This document shows, piece after piece, positions 57,158 through 64,000 of a stretch of 64,000 bases of DNA; the first letter of the stretch is position 1; each line of letters starts with the position of its first letter. The DNA comes from Octopus sinensis (lineage: Eukaryota), in contig NC_042998.1 in the NCBI RefSeq assembly GCF_006345805.1, forward strand, positions 149,048,001-149,112,000, given 5' to 3'. Both the position numbers and the translations under genes were made by a program. The notes beneath the pieces were generated by a model. It searched no databases and was not told the origin of the DNA. It was given only the letters and a program-made list of their open reading frames with translations.

Positions 57158-57839
57158 TATATATCTACATGCACACACACACACGCGCGCACACACACGC
57201 ACACAGTCCAACGACTTAATAAAACAGTAAGACACTCACCATGAATACCAACATAGCTGATACTGAGATACAATATACATCAATTGCCGCTATTACCACA
57301 CAATTGCTTTCATCGGTTTTGTCTGCGTAGATCTTCCCATATCAACTTTAACTCAGAGGTACCCAAGAAATGGTTTCTAAGATGGCGACGGGGTTACTAA
57401 TATTATATTGTGATGGGGATAAGGATGAAATGCTGATGATGGTGGTGAATAAGAGGATGAGGAGGAGTAGCAGAGAAAGTGGATAACGATGATAGCAACA
57501 GTTTTGTTGTAATGATATAATGAAGAAACAGATAATGATGAATATAATGATAAGAAGGACGAACAGAAGGAAGAGGGTCAGAAGAAAAGATCAGAAGAAG
57601 GATCAAGAGTATGAACAGGGCAGAGAAGATGGTGATATAGGCAGTTTTGGTGGAAGTAATGATAATAACGAAGGTATTGATAATAACGATGATAATGACG
57701 ATGATGATGATGAGGGGGAAGAGAAGAGAGAATCAGGAGGGTTAGGTGGATCAAGAGGTAGCTGAGAGTGAGAAAGGGAAACGGAGCATCAGGAGGGGAG
57801 GAGGGTTGCGAGGAGAAGACGCGGTAAATTTGACATCAA

Positions 57840-58252
57840 ATTTTAGCACAAGGCCAGAAAGTTTAGTAGAGTGAGTAAGTCGACTACATCAACCTCAGTA
57901 TTCAACTGGTAACAATTTTATCGACTCCGAAAGGATGACAGGAAAGTTGGCCACGGCGGAATTTCAACTGATACAACTTGGAAGAAATGCCGCTAGGTAT
58001 TTTACTAGGCGAGCTAACGATTCTTATTTCTTTACTTCCCACAAGGTGCTACACAGAGGAGACAAACAAGGACAGACAAACGGATTAAGTCGATTACATC
58101 GACCCCAGTGCGTAACTGGTACTTATTTAATCGACCCCAAAGGATGAAAGGCAAAATCGACTTCGGCGGAATTTGAACTCAGAACGTAGCGACAGACGAA
58201 ATACCGATAAACATTTCGCCCGGCATGCTAACGTTTCTGCCAGTTCGCCACT
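57840..58252 (-). mobile_element. Two SINE family B copies in tandem (older plus younger)
   Basis: A degenerate copy at ~57840-58020 is directly followed by the tail and full body of a younger copy. Confidence 0.82.
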
Positions 58253-58735
58253 TTCCTCGTCAATAATATTATTATATAGTGAGCATTTAAGTAAATGCCA
58301 GTTGAGAGATGGCTGGAAAATCTATTGTAAGCTGTAACAGTTTACAGCTCCGACATCAACATGTAGTTGATAAAAGCGCCAAAGCCAGCGGCTTCAATGA
58401 AGGTAGGATTCTATCAAAGTCACTAAACATTATCAATGGAAAACCAAAATGTATAACGAAACAATCAGGAAGACAAGAAGTGTAAAGGAAAGTGAATGAT
58501 TTTTTTATTTTAAAGAAAACACATTTCGGATAAAAGAATAATCCGGAAGAGATAAATTAAAGGAAAAGATTGAAAGAAGAAAATACATGAAATAAAAATG
58601 GTGGATGACTCAACAGTGTGTTACAGTTTGAATGTGATCAACTGGATGGTGCCACAGATACAGTGACAGGAAACGAGGAAATGCCTGAAATCTCTCTCTC
58701 TCTCTCTCACACACACATACATAAATACACAAACG

Positions 58736-58803
<68 letters not shown>

Positions 58804-60769
58804 CATACATACACAAACGCGCACACACATACACATATACGACATCATCTCCATGTGTCTCCCACCGATAATGGAGAAAGAGGTATTTTACAACTGCGAT
58901 ATAATATATAAAGGTTTTATAGGATACTTAAGAACAGAGAAACGGCCAGTGACTCCATTGCAAGTTTTTTTCAACAATTGTACAGAATACAAAACAAAAA
59001 AATACACGCAGATAGGTTTAGCAAAGATTGGAGCGGTAAGCTCATGTTTCTCATGAAGGACAAACAAATATATTTAGCGTTAAAGCGAAATGAATATACG
59101 GGAGAACCTGAGGGGAAAAGAATAATGTGAAAGAAAATAGGGTGGGGAGGAAAATATTTATGGGATCAACGAAAAAATGGGGACTGTGATTATAAACTGT
59201 TGTAAGGAATATTTCTAAAAATCACTAAATATAATCATAGGAGATACTCAGACTAAGAATGAAAGAGTTAGATGTAGCTATTTGGGCGCTGACGATTTGA
59301 TATGACCGACTGGACATTCAGCCCGCTTTTGTGACAGTAATGTTTGACACTAGAGGCAAACACACACACGCGTACGCGCGCTCAGAAATATGCATTTAAT
59401 GAATTGTAGAAATGCAATCCATTTGTGGTGGTTTGAAATGGTGTGATTCTCTCTTATATAAACTGATTTGACGCTGTGATAAAAGACAATATTTTCGAAG
59501 ATGCTGTAAATCATATTCAACGGGTTAGGGTTACTTCACAGACGTGGTAAAGCCTTCACTTGCAAGCGGGTATAAGCTGGTACTAAATGTTTCAGTTGCC
59601 TGTATAGTTGTGAGCATACATATGCATCATTCCGGTCCTCTCAACTTGATAAAACGAGAGATCATGGATGAAACAGCTGGAGAGAGAAAGAGAGAGGTGG
59701 TGGGGGCTGTACCAGTACTCGGGTTGTACCCATTTTCAACTGAGTAGACTCGAGCAAAACGGAATAATGTGCATTGCACTTAAAGACAATGTACCACTCT
59801 GACCAGAAATCGAAAGAATGACCTTATGATCCTAAACTCAACAGCCTAAAGAGTTGGGAGTATTATTTTACTTGCTTCAGTCATTTGACTGCGGCCACCT
59901 TGAGAAACTTTCCAAAAAAGAACAACCATGTAATAGAAATGCTGAAAAAAAATCCCCAAACAACGTGGAAGATAAACCCAAGAACAATTTCAGAATTTAA
60001 TAGCACCGTTGGCAGCTATAAAACGTGAGAAAATGCAAAAAACATCTTACTGTATAGAATATGTGAAATAAAAAGTAGTCAGCAATCTCAAGAAGAGTTT
60101 ATATTTTGCAGAATATTATTTAATGATTTTTTTAAATGTATGCTTGTTAGTCACATATTTCAAGAATGGCGCATATTAACAGTCACAAAATGGCTTCCAT
60201 GTATTATTTTTTAGAAACATTTTATTATAAAACAGAGGAGGAGGATAAGGAAGAGGAGATGGATTATGATGATGATAATGATGATAACGACGTCGAAGAC
60301 GAAGTCGATAAATGTGTGCAAATGATGGTGATGATGACGTTGGCGACGATTACCACTGCTAAAACAATGATATAATTAAGATGAAAAAAGATGATGATGA
60401 GGAGGAGGGGAAGAGAATGAGGAGGAGTGATGTTAATAAACTTCTCGATTGATTAAGTTGGTGTGGTTGTTGTTCATTTCGAATATCCTAGTATAAGCTT
60501 AGTGGCAAAAAAACAAAACGAAACGGAAAAAGAAGAGAATTATTTGGAAGATTTCCCGGATTGCTGTAGTGCTGAGAAAGGGGGATTGAACCAAGTATTT
60601 AGCGTTGGAGTTTAGAGGTGAGGTGAGAAGAATCAGTGGTGGGGGAGGCTACGAGGCGGAGAGGTGAGTATGTTTTGTGGGAACTTGATGAAGATCGTGT
60701 AGGGGGAAACAGTCTGCGAGTTCAAAGGAGAAACTTCCAAGTGCAGAGGAGGTCGACTCTCAGCAGGAA

Positions 60770-60879
60770 CGACAATGATAATAATAATAATAATAATATA
60801 ATAATAATAATAATAATAATAACAATAATAATAATAGTAGTAGTAGTAGTAGTAGTTTTAGTAGTAGTAGTAGTAGTTA

Positions 60880-60914
<35 letters not shown>

Positions 60915-60934
60915 ATAGTAGTAGTAATAGTAAA

Positions 60935-60969
<35 letters not shown>

Positions 60970-61003
60970 TAATAATAATTTGTTATTATTATTATCATCA
61001 TCA

Positions 61004-61071
<68 letters not shown>

Positions 61072-61388
61072 CTGTTATTATAATGATAATTATGTTGATG
61101 ATGATAAATAAAGTCACAGAAATAAAAAAAATATTGCTGAAGCATTAACAACGAAAACAATTTGAAAAAACGAAAACTGGAATTTGATGGTAACGACTGT
61201 GACGACAACGACGATGATGGCGACGATAACAATTACAGCGACAATGATGACGACGGTGAAGAGGATGAAGTTAGTGATGATGATGATGATGATGATGATG
61301 ATTATGGTCACGTGAATTGAAGAAGTGTAGTGTCCTTAAATCTATGGAGCAAAGTAGTAGTAATAGTAGTAGTAGTAGTAGTAGTAGT

Positions 61389-61433
<45 letters not shown>

Positions 61434-61765
61434 GATGGGGAGATGTTGCTGGTTATGGTGGGGTGGGGATGTTGTTGGTGTTGGTGGTGGAAGCGAGCTG
61501 GGTGGCTAAGACCGGTTATGTTTCTATGAAACAGACTAGACGTCGTCTCCGCTTCCAATGAACAAGCAGCTGGCTTCTATTCAAAAACTTCTTGTTACAG
61601 ACTAACAACGTTCGTTACTGAACGTCGAGAGAATCCCCGTCGCTCATTGTTGTTCTTCCACGCCGCCACTAATATCTCCTCCACACACCTATCCGCCTCC
61701 TCCCAATTCACTCTAATTCCGCTTATGTAACAACAACCACAACAGCAACTATAATAGCAATGATG

Positions 61766-61826
<61 letters not shown>

Positions 61827-62437
61827 CGATGATGATGATCATGATGATGATGATGATGATGATGATTCAATATTTGCCAAAAGGGCAACAATTGATAAAG
61901 CATTAGGTGAAAATTTCTTGTTGATAATGATAATGTTGATGATGATGATGATGATGGTGGTGATGATGATGGTAGTGGTGGTGGTGGTGGTGGTGGTGGT
62001 GATGGTGGTGGTAGTGGTGGTGGTGGTGGTGATGATGATGATGATAATGATGATGAAGAAGCTGGCAACGACTACGACAACAAAAACAATGATATAATTA
62101 AGATGAAAACGGAAAATGATAATGATAGTAATGATGATCAGAAGGAGGAAAAAGGGGAGGTGAAGGAAGAAGTGTTGGTGGAAGGGAAAGTATGTTGTGT
62201 TGAAGGTGGAGAGTACGATCGTCATCATGGAGGGGTAGAGGATAGGCATGATGATCACAAGATGATGATGATGATGATGAAGTGGAGGCTGGTGATGACG
62301 ACGACGATAATAATGAGGATGGTGATGATGATAATGATGATGACGTGATGATGATGTAGCAAGGAGGGTAATGATCCCTCTCAATATCTCCGCTACCACC
62401 ACCACCGGTGCCACCGCCGCCGCCACCACCACCGCTA

Positions 62438-62490
<53 letters not shown>

Positions 62491-62501
62491 GCCGCCACCG
62501 C

Positions 62502-62535
<34 letters not shown>

Positions 62536-62555
62536 GCCACCGCCGCTCTCGCCGC
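60770..62555. repeat. Mosaic of trinucleotide tracts (AAT, TAG, GAT, CAG, GGT), ending in a GC-rich (GCC/ACC)n block at 62390-62555
   Basis: Directly visible. Confidence 0.9.
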
Positions 62556-62638
62556 AAACCTTATCGTCGTCGTATTTTTTCCTTTTTTTGTGATATATGT
62601 AAATGCCTGCATGTATTTGCACGAGCGTAGAGCACACG

Positions 62639-62681
<43 letters not shown>

Positions 62682-62873
62682 ACACATACACACAGACTTG
62701 CACACACATGTATACAGGCACATACACGCACATACATACTGACAACATAACAGGATATACACGCAGCCACTTATACAGAATTATATGTCACGCAAGCATG
62801 CGCTCATCGAAAATTCCAGAAGCGTACATGCACGTACATATACATACGCATCAGCATTATAACCCACCACACA

Positions 62874-62914
<41 letters not shown>

Positions 62915-63152
62915 ATGTAACACGCATACATGACACGCATGCATATTGTAAAACACACACATATTCATATACATTCAGGTGTAAACACATAACTATATAC
63001 ACAAGCACACGTGTATATATAAAAAAGTATTCGCATACACACAAACAGAAAACTATATACACATAAAGATACATACATACAAATATATATATACACACAC
63101 ATACATATATACATTCATACATACACACGTACAATTATATGCCAACTATCTA

Positions 63153-63257
<105 letters not shown>

Positions 63258-63603
63258 TGTACTCTCACACACACAAACGTACACATGTCAATACGTGCAC
63301 ATATATATACAGATATGTGTATACCTATACACAACATAGATTCATATGGTCATTGATATTCATAGACACAAATATATACACACTCATACATATAAAAAAA
63401 TTCACACATATACAGATATATGTACGCAAATACATACATACCTACATACACATTACTCATACTCAAAGGCACATATATCTCTTACTTATACATGTATAAA
63501 CACATAAGCATTTGAGACTTACAGATGCACACACATATATATATATATAAATACATATGTATGTATATATATATGTGTGTGTGTGTGTGTGCATGTATAT
63601 ATA

Positions 63604-63836
63604 TAAGGCGGCGAGCTGGCAGAAACGTTAGCACGCCGGGCGAAATGCGTAGTCGTATTTCGTCTGCCGTTACGTTCTGAGTTCAAATTCCGCCAAGGTC
63701 GACTTTGCCTTTCATCCTTTCGGGGTCGATAAATTAAGTACCAGTTACGCACTGGGGTCGATGTAATCGACTTAACCCGTTTGTCTGTCCTTGTTTGTCC
63801 CCTCTATGTTTAGCCCCTTGTGGGTAATAAAGAAAC
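63604..63836 (+). mobile_element. SINE family B, full-length young copy
   Basis: taaggcggcgagctggcagaaacgttagcacgccgggcg...gagttcaaattcc...tttgcctttcatcctttcggggtcgataaattaagtaccag...gtgggtaataaagaaa. Confidence 0.92.
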
Positions 63837-64000
63837 ATATATGCATATATATATATATATATATATAAATATATATATATATACACATACATATAGCTAC
63901 AGCCAGACAAATCCACACATATATACACATGCATACACACACATATACAGACATATATAGAGCTATCATGCATACATACAGGTTACATATGCATACAAAT

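Noticed and set aside
57234-57330. Minus-strand donor-like GTGAGT after a frame containing ADKTDESNC (LDLa-like)
   Set aside because: There is no credible acceptor, stops lie just upstream in that frame, and the other LDLa cysteines are absent.

Overview
This is a eukaryotic, AT-rich window made almost entirely of microsatellites and transposable elements. The SINE families and the (TA)/(TAA)/(TATG) load look like an octopus or other coleoid cephalopod genome, but that is inference from recalled repeat sequences, not a database match. I found no host protein-coding exon, tRNA or rRNA gene, or CRISPR array that I can support, and nearly all ORF-track entries are translations of simple repeats. 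The main content is: (1) an apparently full-length but disabled Dong/R4-type non-LTR retrotransposon (RT plus restriction-like endonuclease, 19541-23624) inside (TAA)n; (2) a 1184-bp inverted 3' copy of it and fragments of several other R4-like lineages, most next to TAA-type arrays; (3) Penelope-like (PLE) GIY-YIG remnants and hammerhead-ribozyme-like motifs; (4) Tx1/L1-type, RTE, mariner, hAT and Helentron-like remnants; (5) many SINEs. The most interesting items are a minimal hammerhead-like motif at 7835-7876, three fold-back palindromes each anchored on a (TA)n tract, and a four-copy ~540-bp non-coding TAA-tailed element with no recognisable tRNA head. Boundaries were read by eye and may be off by a few to tens of bases for degraded elements.
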